From: Candidatus Giovannonibacteria bacterium RIFCSPLOWO2_02_FULL_45_28
Lineage (GTDB): Bacteria > Patescibacteriota > Minisyncoccia > UBA11713 > 2-01-FULL-45-33
Direction: 5' to 3'
NCBI GenBank assembly: GCA_001780725.1
Contig: MFIM01000001.1
Location: 19,642-83,641, forward strand
DNA length: 64,000 nt
This document shows positions 18,747-28,624 of the stretch, one piece after another; position 1 is the first letter of the stretch; the number at the start of each line of letters is the position of its first letter. The translations under genes and the position numbers were made by a program. Below the pieces are notes generated by a model. The model worked only from the letters and a program-made list of their open reading frames with translations. It searched no databases and had not been told where the DNA came from.

Positions 18747-19295
18747 TTAATAAGCCCCTCTCATTACGGCACTCCCGTAAAAATTTTTTGTTTTTTGAAA
18801 TTTACCGCTGCCTGCCTCAAGCGTAAATTCAACCCTTATCATTTTTGAATTGTCTGTTGAAGTGGCGTAGAAAATCAAATTTGTTACGGATACGTCAGAG
18901 GATGTCAGGTTTTCCGCCGGTCCGCCTTTTTGTATTTGGAGAACTACGTCGGAAAGAGAAAATTTTTCCGTAGAGCCGCCGATATTAATTTGCAAGACGC
19001 CGGGGTTTGTTCCAAAAACACTGATGCCTGCGTCAAAACTTTCGGCCGCGCGGACGTCGCGGATTATGGTTTCCAAAGCGACGTCGCCGTTTAACGCCAG
19101 CCTTCTTTCAACTCTTGTCTTTGCGAAAGCCTGATAGATAGAAAGTATTGAGCCCACAACCAGCACCGCAACGACAGCCAGTATGCTGACATAAACCACT
19201 ATTTCTAATAGCGTGTAGCCTCTCATTAATTCGCAAAAATATCGGATAAATAAGTGCTTAGCGTGATAGCGGAATACACTCCCCGCTCTTGCCAT
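18747..19295 (-). CDS. prepilin-type (pseudopilin) protein
   Basis: MRGYTLLEIVVYVSILAVVAV class III signal peptide. Confidence 0.6.
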   Translation of the reverse strand: MARAGSVFRYHAKHLFIRYFCELMRGYTLLEIVVYVSILAVVAVLVVGSILSIYQAFAKTRVERRLALNGDVALETIIRDVRAAESFDAGISVFGTNPGVLQINIGGSTEKFSLSDVVLQIQKGGPAENLTSSDVSVTNLIFYATSTDNSKMIRVEFTLEAGSGKFQKTKNFYGSAVMRGAY

Positions 19296-19714
19296 GAAAC
19301 GCTGACGCTGAATTTTTTGGTATTTGCGTCCGGCGATCCCGCAGGAGGGTCTATAACATCGTCAGAGCCGTCGCGGTTCACCGCCCCAACAACAAAAGAG
19401 CGCGCAAATATGCCACCGATCAGCCCGGGATCGGAAATGCTTACGCTCCACGCGGAATCCGCCGCATTAAAAGAAAGATAGTAAGTTGTTGCCGTATTTA
19501 AATTTGCTAGATGGCCGGACCAGCTTTCGTCTCTCAAAAAGCGCAAAGCCTCCAAGCCTTCTTCGGCCAGAAAATTCGCGCGGATTTGGTTTGAAGCGCG
19601 CGTTTCAAGCTTGTTTGACATTAAAAATACGGACGACAGCGCAAAAACCGTTGCCCCGATAATAGAAACGGCGATCACGATTTCAAGCAGTCCGAACCCC
19701 GCCTTTTTATACAT
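19226..19714 (-). CDS. prepilin-type (pseudopilin) protein
   Basis: KAGFGLLEIVIAVSIIGATVF N-terminal motif. Confidence 0.6.
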   Translation of the reverse strand: MYKKAGFGLLEIVIAVSIIGATVFALSSVFLMSNKLETRASNQIRANFLAEEGLEALRFLRDESWSGHLANLNTATTYYLSFNAADSAWSVSISDPGLIGGIFARSFVVGAVNRDGSDDVIDPPAGSPDANTKKFSVSVSWQERGVYSAITLSTYLSDIFAN

Positions 19715-19732
19715 TAACTTTATTTTAACATA

Positions 19733-20179
19733 TTACTGCACATTTCCTGTTGAGAATATTGTGATAACGCGGGTTTTGGAAGTATTCCTTTTTGAACGAA
19801 GAGTTACGGTACCGGAGGTCGTGGTTGTGCCGCCGAGTATGGAAAATACGGTATCAACCGCGCCGCCGGTTAAACTGATTGCGCTGATTTCAACTGGCGC
19901 CGGCAAAATATAAACTTCGTTTGCAGAATTTGAAGAGCTATAAACGGATCCTTTAAATAAAACGACTTTTGCGGTTTCAAAATGGACTCCGTAAGTTGTT
20001 TTATCTTGAGAGCCGATTGCTCTTGATCTGGCGTCTTTTAAAATGCCTACGATTGTTTCTCCGGCGGCCTGCAAATCGTTTGATTCGCGGAATACCGCAA
20101 AAGCAGAAAAGAGAATTGCCGCAATGGCAATAACGATGGAAACGCTTACTACCGCTTCAAGCAATGTGAATCCTTTCAT
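19733..20179 (-). CDS. type IV pilin
   Basis: MKGFTLLEAVVSVSIVIAIAAILFSAF (G|FTLLE prepilin cleavage motif). Confidence 0.7.
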   Translation of the reverse strand: MKGFTLLEAVVSVSIVIAIAAILFSAFAVFRESNDLQAAGETIVGILKDARSRAIGSQDKTTYGVHFETAKVVLFKGSVYSSSNSANEVYILPAPVEISAISLTGGAVDTVFSILGGTTTTSGTVTLRSKRNTSKTRVITIFSTGNVQ

Positions 20180-20183
20180 ATAT

Positions 20184-21473
20184 TTAAAATGCGCCGACTA
20201 AATTATACATTGGCGAGATCATGGAAACGGCGAAAAATCCCACTACAACCCCCATAAGAATCATTAGCGCCGGCTCAATAACCGTTGAAAGATCCTTGGT
20301 CGCCTGCGACACTTCGCTTTCGTAAAAAGAAGCGAGGCGCAGAAGCATTTGCGAAAGTTCGCCGGTTTCCTCGCCGATCCCTATCATTTCGCCAACAAGC
20401 GACGGATAAAGCTCTCCGGATGAAAGGAATGCCTTGGAAATCGTTTCGCCTCGCTGAATTTTTGCGCGCGCATCGTCCAAAATATTTTGATAAAGATGGT
20501 TTTGCAAAACTTCTTTTGTGATAGAAATCGCTTCCAAAATATCAACCCCCGAAGATATCAGCGAGCTTAAAGTCCTGCAGGTCCGGGCGGAGTTGAATTT
20601 TTGATTAATTCCTTTTATGACAGGCAGGTGCGTAAACAGCCAATCAAGCTGCGTTTTTCCCATTTTTGATTTTGCCCAGCGATATGCTCCGTAGCCTGCA
20701 ACCGCTGCTCCTGCAAGCAAAATCAGCCCGCTTTGGAGAATTGATTGGCTTACAAAAATAATCAATCTGGTTGAAAGCGGAAGCTGTACTTTTAATTCTT
20801 CAAAGGTGGTAATAAGCGTCGGAACGACGTAAATCAACATCAAAATTCCTATGCCGACCATGGCGATCATAACGATTACGGGATAAACCATGGCTCCGCG
20901 CACCTTTCTCCTAAGTGCATAGTCTTTTTTCAATTGCAGCGCTATTAGTTTTAATGATTCTTCCAATTTGCCGGATTTTTCTCCGGCACGAACCATCTCC
21001 TGGTAAAATTTTGGGAAAACGGTTTTATGCTCCCCTATGGCGTCTGCAAAACTTCGGCCATTTTTGATTGCATCTGTTATTGCCAGAATTACGGTTTTAA
21101 ATTTGTCATTTTGGGTCTGCCTTGCCATCACTTCCAGCGCCTTTGACAGGCTCACGCCTGCCCCTATCATAACCGCGATGTTGCGCGTAAAATTCAGTTT
21201 TTCTTCAAGAGAAACTCTTTTAAGAAACGATGGAATATAGTCGTTTATTTTTTTGCTCCGCCAGCCGACAGACTTGTCCGCGCCGGTTTCCGAGATAAAA
21301 ATCGGCAGCACCCCTTCCGCACGCAACGCGCGCGCAAGATCATACTTGTCTTTCGCCTCGCGGTTGCCGTCCATGTCATTTCCGCTCTTATCTCTGGCCT
21401 TATAGTGATACAGAGGCATGAAAGTATTGATCAAGCCCTGTAACAGCATGCCTGGTTTGTTTGCCGGTGTCAC
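20184..21473 (-). CDS. pilC: type IV pilus platform protein PilC (GspF family)
   Basis: 429 aa, two GspF repeats with TM segments; overlaps the glyRS 3' end, so the true start is probably an internal Met. Confidence 0.85.
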   Translation of the reverse strand: MTPANKPGMLLQGLINTFMPLYHYKARDKSGNDMDGNREAKDKYDLARALRAEGVLPIFISETGADKSVGWRSKKINDYIPSFLKRVSLEEKLNFTRNIAVMIGAGVSLSKALEVMARQTQNDKFKTVILAITDAIKNGRSFADAIGEHKTVFPKFYQEMVRAGEKSGKLEESLKLIALQLKKDYALRRKVRGAMVYPVIVMIAMVGIGILMLIYVVPTLITTFEELKVQLPLSTRLIIFVSQSILQSGLILLAGAAVAGYGAYRWAKSKMGKTQLDWLFTHLPVIKGINQKFNSARTCRTLSSLISSGVDILEAISITKEVLQNHLYQNILDDARAKIQRGETISKAFLSSGELYPSLVGEMIGIGEETGELSQMLLRLASFYESEVSQATKDLSTVIEPALMILMGVVVGFFAVSMISPMYNLVGAF

Positions 21474-22695
21474 GGTCGCGGATGGTTACAGTATCGTCTT
21501 CCAGAGTTTGGTAGTCAATTGTCACGCACCAAGGCGTACCGATTTCGTCTTGCCTCCTGTAACGCTTGCCAATATTGCCGATGTCGTCAAAAACAGTTGA
21601 GTACGGATTATTGGTTGTGGAATTTTTAGGTTGGCAAAGACCGTTGTAAACTTCATTTGCTTTCGCCATAATTTTTTCTTTATTGGAAACCAAAGGAAAC
21701 ACGGCGACTTTGACCGGCGCCACGGCCGGTTTAAGCGCCAAATAAACTCTCTTTTCTCCGCCAAGCTTGTCTTCGCGGTAAGCCGACAAAAGCACAGCCA
21801 AAATGGTTCTCTCCAGCCCGAAAGTCGGCTCAATTACATGCGGAATAAATTTTTCCCCGGAGGCGGGGTCGGTATACCTCAAATCAACCCCAGAATGCTC
21901 CATGTGGCGCAGGAGGTCGTAATCTCCGCGATAAGCCAGGCCATAGAGTTCTTTTTTTCCAAAAGGCCAGTCAAATTCAAAATCAATCGTGCGTTTTGAA
22001 TAATGCGCGCGATCTCCTTCGGGTACCTCAAGTTCATGCACTTTTCCTTTGTCTATGCCGATTTTTTCTATCCACATCCGGATTTCTTTGCGCCATTTTT
22101 CAAAATATTTTTTCCATTCTGATTCTCTGACAAAATATTCAAACTCCATCAAATCAAACTCGCGGATGCGGAAAAGAAAATCCCTTGGCGCGATTTCGTT
22201 CCTAAAAGCTCTGCCGATCTGAGCGATGCCGAAAGGCAAGTTCGGCCGCATAGTATCCAAAATGTTTTTAAAATTAACGAACATCCCCTGTGCAATTTCC
22301 GGCCGTAAATATACATCTCCGGATTTAAACATAAGATTAAATTGTTTTGGCTCGGAAAGCGCACCGCCGCACTCTGGGCATTTTTTCCCGGAAATTTCAT
22401 CCTGCCGAAATCTTTTTTTGCATTTTTTGCATTCAACCAATGGGTCGGCGAATCCTTCCAGATGCCCGCTTGCCTCCCAAACTTTTTCCGGCATCAAAAC
22501 GCTGGAAGCCAGCCCGTACATTTCATGGTGCGCGCGCACAAAATGATTCCACCATAATTCTTTTATATTGTAAGCAAGTTCCGCGCCCAACGGCCCCAAG
22601 CTCCAAGTGCCGGCAAGCCCTCCGTAAATCTCCGAGCCCGGAAACACAAATCCGCGCCGCTTTGCCAAGCTTACGATTGTTTCCAGGCTTACCAT
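21400..22695 (-). CDS. glyQS: glycyl-tRNA synthetase (class II, alpha2 type)
   Basis: GLAYRGDYDLLRHMEHSGVDL...FIPHVIEPTFGLERTILAVL. Confidence 0.85.
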   Translation of the reverse strand: MVSLETIVSLAKRRGFVFPGSEIYGGLAGTWSLGPLGAELAYNIKELWWNHFVRAHHEMYGLASSVLMPEKVWEASGHLEGFADPLVECKKCKKRFRQDEISGKKCPECGGALSEPKQFNLMFKSGDVYLRPEIAQGMFVNFKNILDTMRPNLPFGIAQIGRAFRNEIAPRDFLFRIREFDLMEFEYFVRESEWKKYFEKWRKEIRMWIEKIGIDKGKVHELEVPEGDRAHYSKRTIDFEFDWPFGKKELYGLAYRGDYDLLRHMEHSGVDLRYTDPASGEKFIPHVIEPTFGLERTILAVLLSAYREDKLGGEKRVYLALKPAVAPVKVAVFPLVSNKEKIMAKANEVYNGLCQPKNSTTNNPYSTVFDDIGNIGKRYRRQDEIGTPWCVTIDYQTLEDDTVTIRDRDTGKQTRHAVTGLDQYFHASVSL

Positions 22696-22704
22696 ATTTT
22701 GAGA

Positions 22705-24573
22705 TTATCGCACAACTTTTTTCTGATTAAAAGTGACGCTCGGATCATCCGGCAAATCGGTAGATATAGGGTCATCACGCGCAGAAAGCGTCTGGTTTGT
22801 AAAAGTGTCGCGGCCCGAAACTTCAGCCGCATTAATAATTGTCGGAGAAGATCCGATTTGATTTTGTGAAGGAATAAGTCCGACCTGAAAAGCGGCCTCC
22901 AGAGCCGGCCGCAAAAAACCGGTGCCGGCGGGCACCCTGCCGGCGCGCCAGACAATTTCACCGCTGACCTTTTCAAACGAAATGTTCGCGTCAGCCGGTT
23001 GAATCACGTTTTTAAAACTCATATACGGAGGGAGGGTAGATTTAACGACGACGCCATCCAAATCGTTCACCATGTTAGCCAAAGACAAAATGATTGTGTA
23101 GGTTGTTTCCTCGCCCACTTTCGGCGGCAGGGGGCCGGCATTTTGAATAACGGAATTATTATAAAGCGCCCGCGAAACCACTTGTAATTTTGATGATACT
23201 TTCATTTCATAATTGCCGGATCCGGAAACATCAACCCCCTCAAATCCCTGTACAACCACGCCCGGATTAAAAATTGCGCCGATCCGAACGCTTGGCCGCG
23301 CAGCATCAGTAGCAAGAACCAAATTGCTCTTAATTTTAAACGAAAAAGTAACGCGTTCTTCTTGATTTGGAAGCAACACCGCAAACGGCTTATGGGTGGA
23401 AGAGTTCCACACAACGCTTTTAGACGACTCTCGGAAAGCGCCGCTGTCAACTCGCAAAGAAGCAAAGTCCACCGCGTTTCCATTAATTGACGCCTCCAAA
23501 GATGCGTTTTTAATTTCTTGAGGTAAATTATTTCTTAGGGCAATATCAAAAGAAATTGTATCGCCCGGAAAAGCCGCATATTCATTTGATCCGTTTGCCA
23601 AAATATTTACAGACAAAAACGGCGCGCGCAAAATTATGGTTTGGGAAGATTCGTCATAAGCTAAAAATGAGTTTTTCGCCGGATCAAAAATACCTATTGC
23701 TGCTTTGAAAATCTTTGATTCCAAATCTGCGCCATGAACCTTGCCTTTTAATTTTATCTTCCCGGATTCGGCCGGCGGGAGATTCCCCAAGCTCCAAATA
23801 TTTTTGTTTTGCGGCAAGGGCGAAGGGCTTGCGGAAACGAACTCAAAGCCGTCCGGAAAATTCATTTGCGAATAGAGATTTGCAAGGGCCTGATCGGCTT
23901 GCGAGACGTAATTAACCTCAAACTCCACTTCTTGTCCTATTCGCAAATCAGACGGCAGATTAAAAGAAACAGTCACCGGAGAAAGAGCTACGGAAAACTC
24001 AAAAGACGCGTCTACCGCAAAAATCGCGCTTGCCCCAGCCGGCCTGTACTCCAAAACAGCAGAAACTTTTTTGGTCGTTCCTCTGCCGCCAAAAACATAA
24101 GCGTCGAAATTTTCCGCAATGCTCTCTCCGGCGCGCACGCCTCCCAAGGATCTGCGTTCACGAAAAATTCCTTCAGGGCGCGGCCCAACAACCGGCGAAG
24201 CGTCATTCGGGAAATTAAAAACCAAAACAGCGTCTTCCAGCATTCCATTGCTTTGATTGGCGATTTTAACCCGCCAGCTTATGCGGTCTCCGCTTTTTAT
24301 TTCGCTGATGCCTTCTATTTTTACGTCAACCGCCCGCGACCTAAAAACCGTAGGCGAGCCGAAAACAAAAAAAACGATGCCGATAACAAATAAAATTAGC
24401 CCCGCCGCAACCGCCCATAAAAACCAGCGGCTCTCTTTAGCCGTTCTCTGTGTTTCCTGCCAAAAAACTGACCCAGCCCTTTTGGTCCTTGTAAGCTCTG
24501 GCGGAACCATTCTTTCTCCAAATGTTTCTTTTTCCTTATAGAGCCGTTTTTTTAGTTCTTCAAGTGAGGCCAT
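22705..24573 (-). CDS. large membrane-anchored hypothetical protein (probable surface protein)
   Basis: 622 aa; N-terminal TM FLWAVAAGLILFVIGIVFFVF then long beta-rich extracellular region. Confidence 0.35.
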   Translation of the reverse strand: MASLEELKKRLYKEKETFGERMVPPELTRTKRAGSVFWQETQRTAKESRWFLWAVAAGLILFVIGIVFFVFGSPTVFRSRAVDVKIEGISEIKSGDRISWRVKIANQSNGMLEDAVLVFNFPNDASPVVGPRPEGIFRERRSLGGVRAGESIAENFDAYVFGGRGTTKKVSAVLEYRPAGASAIFAVDASFEFSVALSPVTVSFNLPSDLRIGQEVEFEVNYVSQADQALANLYSQMNFPDGFEFVSASPSPLPQNKNIWSLGNLPPAESGKIKLKGKVHGADLESKIFKAAIGIFDPAKNSFLAYDESSQTIILRAPFLSVNILANGSNEYAAFPGDTISFDIALRNNLPQEIKNASLEASINGNAVDFASLRVDSGAFRESSKSVVWNSSTHKPFAVLLPNQEERVTFSFKIKSNLVLATDAARPSVRIGAIFNPGVVVQGFEGVDVSGSGNYEMKVSSKLQVVSRALYNNSVIQNAGPLPPKVGEETTYTIILSLANMVNDLDGVVVKSTLPPYMSFKNVIQPADANISFEKVSGEIVWRAGRVPAGTGFLRPALEAAFQVGLIPSQNQIGSSPTIINAAEVSGRDTFTNQTLSARDDPISTDLPDDPSVTFNQKKVVR

Positions 24574-25073
24574 AATGTTAGTATAGCTTCATTGTGATGT
24601 TCGGGCAAAGAATCGCCGTAGCCTTCGTGCGCGAAAAATTCGCGCAAGAATTGCAGCGCTCGCTCTTCGTCAGTACCAGCCAAAGGCTGGCCAGCATCGG
24701 GCTGGAAAAAATCAATCGCCATTGAGAATAATTCTTCGTCTTTCGCGCCGGGCAAAACCACTAAATCAATCGTTTTTAGAATTCTTCCGGCTGTGGAAAT
24801 CCTATTCGCATCTAAAAACCAGTTGCCGAACCCTGAAATTACCTCCGCATCCGTCATCGTCGGCATTCGTTCGCCGTTTTTAACAAATTGAAGTCGTGTG
24901 TGGTTCAAAATATCCAAATGCGCGTTGAGTTTTGAAGCCGTTTTCCGCGCGCCCTTTGCCAGCGCATCCATTTTCCCAAAATCTTTTGTCAGCGCCCTCA
25001 CCAAAAAATCCGCCTCCCCGTACGGCGTTTTTTTCATAATCAATCCTTCGGTTTTGAAATACGCGCTCGGCAT
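24552..25073 (-). CDS. recO: RecO-like DNA repair protein (short)
   Basis: N-terminus TEGLIMKKTPYGEADFLVRALTKDFGKMDALAKGARK matches the RecO OB-fold consensus; only 173 aa. Confidence 0.5.
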   Translation of the reverse strand: MPSAYFKTEGLIMKKTPYGEADFLVRALTKDFGKMDALAKGARKTASKLNAHLDILNHTRLQFVKNGERMPTMTDAEVISGFGNWFLDANRISTAGRILKTIDLVVLPGAKDEELFSMAIDFFQPDAGQPLAGTDEERALQFLREFFAHEGYGDSLPEHHNEAILTLWPHLKN

Positions 25074-25078
25074 ACTTA

Positions 25079-28000
25079 TTAGAAATAAATTCGAAATCTA
25101 TCACCAGAAAGCTTTTGAATATCGCTTATATTTGTCTCTTTTTTAATCCTTGCGCTATATTTTTCGAGAACATCCAAAATCTCAGCAGGAGAAGCTTCTA
25201 TTTTGGCTGGCATTTTTTGTTTAGGCGTTAGTCCCGCTTCTTTTCTTGCGGCCTGAATTTCGCGGATAAGGTCGCGGAGAATGCCTTCTTCGCGAAGTTC
25301 GGGAGTAATGGTTAAATCAAATTCCACCAACTTATCAGCCAAATTTTGCGAAAAAACAACATTTTTTACATTTATTTCCTCTTTTGCTAATGCCAAATAA
25401 TCAGCCCCCAAATTTTTCCACTGGAATTTATCACTTGCACGCATGGAATTAAGCGGTTGTCTTATTTTTAGATTTTGTTTATGCCTTTCTTCAAGCGCTG
25501 CCGCAACTAAATTTCTGGTTTCGTCCATATTTTCCAGTAATTTTACGTTTTTATTTTTGCTCTTTGCATTTTGTTTTGGCCAATCCTCCAAATGAACACT
25601 TTTGTTAGACGCCGAGCTTCTAACACTTTGATAAATCTTCTCCGCTGTAAACGGGGCGAAAGGTGCCAGGAGTTTTGAAACTTCGCCAAGCAAATACGCC
25701 AAAACCGTGCCTGTTTCCTTGGCTTCTTTAGAATTTTCTTTCATCACACCGCGAATCCTTCTGATGTACCAATGCGAAATATCATCAACCACAAAATTTT
25801 CCAGCTCGCGCGCCGCGCCAACGATGTCGTAAGCGTCCAGTTTTTTTGTGACAGAGTTGGTTACTTCGGAGAACTTTGCCAAAACCCATTTATTTATTAA
25901 CAATTTCTCACTTCCGATTTCTAACTTCCCACTTCTAACTTTGTACATTTTCCAAAACTGTAAGACATTCCACAAAATCATAAAAAATCTCCGCGAGGCG
26001 TCTTTGATGTCTTCTTCCTTAAAAAGCTTGGAATCCCACGGCTGGTTTATCGTAAAAAAATACCATCTAGTCGCGTCAGCTCCGTACTTTTCTATGAGCA
26101 TCATTGGATCCACCACATTTCCCAAAGATTTGGACATTTTTTTGCCGTTTTTGTCCAAAACATGCCCAAGCGATATTACATTTCTATAAGGAGCGCTTTT
26201 TCCCAAAAGCGTGCCGACAGCCAGGAGATTATAAAACCACCCGCGCGTCTGATCCACCGCTTCGGTAATGTAGTCGGCAGGATAGTGGAAGTCCGACTTC
26301 CTTTCGGAAGTCGGACTTCCAAGAAACGACCAATGCGCGCTCGCAAACGGCATCGCTCCCGAGTCAAACCAAACGTCAACAACCTCCGAAACTCTCCGCA
26401 TTTCGCCTCCGCAACCACATCGGAGTCTTATTTCATCAATAAAAGGTTTATGCAAATCCAGAACAAGATTTTCGTCGCGCGGAATCTGAGAAAAAATCAG
26501 CTCTTCAAATTCGGCCGTCACTAAAAAATCTTTTCCGCGGCGCAATTTTTCTTCCATGGATTCCTCGTTGTTTTTTCCTTCCGCCGCCGTCCAAAGCATC
26601 CAAATAGGATATTCGTGGCTTATTATCAAGATAGTTTTGTTTTGATAGCGCAATTCCATTTCAGAAATCGCAGAGAAAATGCGGTTTTTTAACTGAGTTA
26701 AGGTTTCCCCTTCCGGCGGAGCCTTAGTAAATTTTTCAATCGGATTTTTATAAAAAGCGTGGTAGCGCGCCGGATCTCCTTCGGAAAAAATGCCGGTGTT
26801 GATTTCGGAAAGTCTTGGGTCAAGCTTGATGTTTAATAAAGAAACCCCCGACACTTCTCCAATTATTTCCGCCGTTTCTTTGGTCCTTAAAAACGGCGAT
26901 GCGAAAATTAAATCGGGCTTCCCGCCAGAGACGGGTCCGCCTATGGCGGATATTTTTTTCTTCAAAAGCCTAGCGCTTTTTTCCACCTGTTTTCTGCCAT
27001 TTGCTGTAAGATGATAGTGGTTTTTTGCAAGATTGCTGTTGGTGATATTTTTTACATTTGTTTCCGCCTCCCCGTGCCTCATAAAAATATATCTGTTGCC
27101 GGACGCAGTCGAGCGTTTTTTCAGCTCCTCCACTGAACCGATGGCCTCCCATTTTTTGCATTTTTCGCATTTCCAAACCGGCAACGGAGTACCCCAAAAC
27201 CGCTCGCGTGAAAACGCCCAGTTCTTTTTTTCTTTGAGCCATTCGCCCATCCGGCCGTTCTTGATGTGTTCCGGATACCAATTTATTTTTTGATTATTTT
27301 CTAAAAGCTCGGGCCGCACCGCGTTCACATCCACCCACCACGCCTTGCGAGCAAGATACATCAGGGGCGTTTTGCACCTCCAACAAAAAGGATAGTCGTG
27401 TTCGTAACTTTCGGTTTTAAATAAAAATCCTCGCGATTTTAGGTCATCAATAATTTGTTGGTTCGCATTTTTCCCGCCGGAGGCGGGTCCGCCTTTGGCG
27501 GAAAACCACTCGCCGTCCCAAGGATTTCCCGGTGTTTGCATCAGCCCGCGCTCGCTGGTTGTGGCAAGTACCGGCAAATCGTATTTTTTGGAGAGCTGAA
27601 AATCGTCATCTCCAAAAGCCGGCGCGATATGCACAATTCCAGTCCCCTCCTCGGTTGAAACAAAATCTCCGGCAACTACTTTGTACGGAGCGTTGTGCGA
27701 ATAAAGCGGCTCATATTTTAAATCAACCAGCTCACTACCCTTAATTTTTTTTAAAATTTTACAGTCTCCGCCGACAACGCTCGCTCTTGATTCGGCCAGT
27801 ATTAATTTTTCACCTCCCACCTCCAACACCACATATCCAATTTTTTGATTCACCGCTAAAGCAACATTTCCGGGCAAAGTCCAGGGAGTAGTCGTCCAGA
27901 CGAGGAAATAAGTTTTTTCTGGAATTTTTCCGCCAGAGGCGGACCCGCCTTTGGCGGAAAATTTCACATAAACCGATTCCTCTTTTACTTTTTCGTATCC

Positions 28001-28612
28001 CTGCGCAAGTTCGTGCGAAGAGAGTGCGGTGCCGCACCTCGCGCACCATGGGACAACTTTATAGTCTTCGTATAAATATTTTTTCTTGGCGAATTCTTTG
28101 ATAACCCACCAAAGAGATTCAATATAAGAATTTTCATAGGTAATATAGGGATGTGCCATATCTATCCAAAAACCCATCCGCGCCGTCAACTTCTCCCATA
28201 GCTCTTTATATTTCCAAACCGACTCTCGGCATTTTTTATTGAACGCGGCGACACCGTATTTTTCTATGTCTTTTTTGTTTTTAAGCCCCAGAGTTTTTTC
28301 TACCTCAACTTCAACCGGAAGCCCGTGAGTATCCCACCCCGCGCGGCGCGGCGCGTAATATCCCCTCATTGTTTTGTATCTTAAAACAACATCCTTGAAA
28401 GCGCGGCTCTCAACATGATGCACACCCGGAACACCGTTAGCCGTCGGCGGTCCCTCAAAAAAGACAAAGTGGTTTTGTTTACCCCTCGAAGCTTTAGCGA
28501 AGTAGGGCTTCCTTTGGTTTACCGACTTCTCAAAAGCCTTATTTTTTTTCCAAAATTCCAAAATTTCTTTCTCATCAAACATATGAAAATAGTAGCAAAA
28601 AAAGCCGCTCAT
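25079..28612 (-). CDS. ileS: isoleucyl-tRNA synthetase carrying extra insertions: a histidine-phosphatase-like domain, three palindromic mini-elements and two GAAGTC palindromes
   Basis: PPTANGVPGVHHVESRAFKDV, GWDTHGLPVE, KMSKSLGN; 1177 aa; insertion ...YIFMRHGEAETNVKN...ISHEYPI between the CEKCKKWE zinc region and DLHKPFIDEI. Confidence 0.9.
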   Translation of the reverse strand: MSGFFCYYFHMFDEKEILEFWKKNKAFEKSVNQRKPYFAKASRGKQNHFVFFEGPPTANGVPGVHHVESRAFKDVVLRYKTMRGYYAPRRAGWDTHGLPVEVEVEKTLGLKNKKDIEKYGVAAFNKKCRESVWKYKELWEKLTARMGFWIDMAHPYITYENSYIESLWWVIKEFAKKKYLYEDYKVVPWCARCGTALSSHELAQGYEKVKEESVYVKFSAKGGSASGGKIPEKTYFLVWTTTPWTLPGNVALAVNQKIGYVVLEVGGEKLILAESRASVVGGDCKILKKIKGSELVDLKYEPLYSHNAPYKVVAGDFVSTEEGTGIVHIAPAFGDDDFQLSKKYDLPVLATTSERGLMQTPGNPWDGEWFSAKGGPASGGKNANQQIIDDLKSRGFLFKTESYEHDYPFCWRCKTPLMYLARKAWWVDVNAVRPELLENNQKINWYPEHIKNGRMGEWLKEKKNWAFSRERFWGTPLPVWKCEKCKKWEAIGSVEELKKRSTASGNRYIFMRHGEAETNVKNITNSNLAKNHYHLTANGRKQVEKSARLLKKKISAIGGPVSGGKPDLIFASPFLRTKETAEIIGEVSGVSLLNIKLDPRLSEINTGIFSEGDPARYHAFYKNPIEKFTKAPPEGETLTQLKNRIFSAISEMELRYQNKTILIISHEYPIWMLWTAAEGKNNEESMEEKLRRGKDFLVTAEFEELIFSQIPRDENLVLDLHKPFIDEIRLRCGCGGEMRRVSEVVDVWFDSGAMPFASAHWSFLGSPTSERKSDFHYPADYITEAVDQTRGWFYNLLAVGTLLGKSAPYRNVISLGHVLDKNGKKMSKSLGNVVDPMMLIEKYGADATRWYFFTINQPWDSKLFKEEDIKDASRRFFMILWNVLQFWKMYKVRSGKLEIGSEKLLINKWVLAKFSEVTNSVTKKLDAYDIVGAARELENFVVDDISHWYIRRIRGVMKENSKEAKETGTVLAYLLGEVSKLLAPFAPFTAEKIYQSVRSSASNKSVHLEDWPKQNAKSKNKNVKLLENMDETRNLVAAALEERHKQNLKIRQPLNSMRASDKFQWKNLGADYLALAKEEINVKNVVFSQNLADKLVEFDLTITPELREEGILRDLIREIQAARKEAGLTPKQKMPAKIEASPAEILDVLEKYSARIKKETNISDIQKLSGDRFRIYF
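26919..26950. repeat. palindromic mini-element copy A in ileS
   Basis: ttcccgccagagacgggtccgcctatggcgga; in frame, encodes SAIGGPVSGGKP. Confidence 0.75.
27469..27507. repeat. palindromic mini-element copy B in ileS
   Basis: ttttcccgccggaggcgggtccgcctttggcggaaaa; encodes FSAKGGPASGGKN. Confidence 0.75.
27926..27962. repeat. palindromic mini-element copy C in ileS
   Basis: tttttccgccagaggcggacccgcctttggcggaaaa; two hairpins CCGCC-AGA-GGCGG and CCGCC-TTT-GGCGG; encodes FSAKGGSASGGKI. Confidence 0.75.
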
Positions 28613-28624
28613 GAGAACGGCTCA

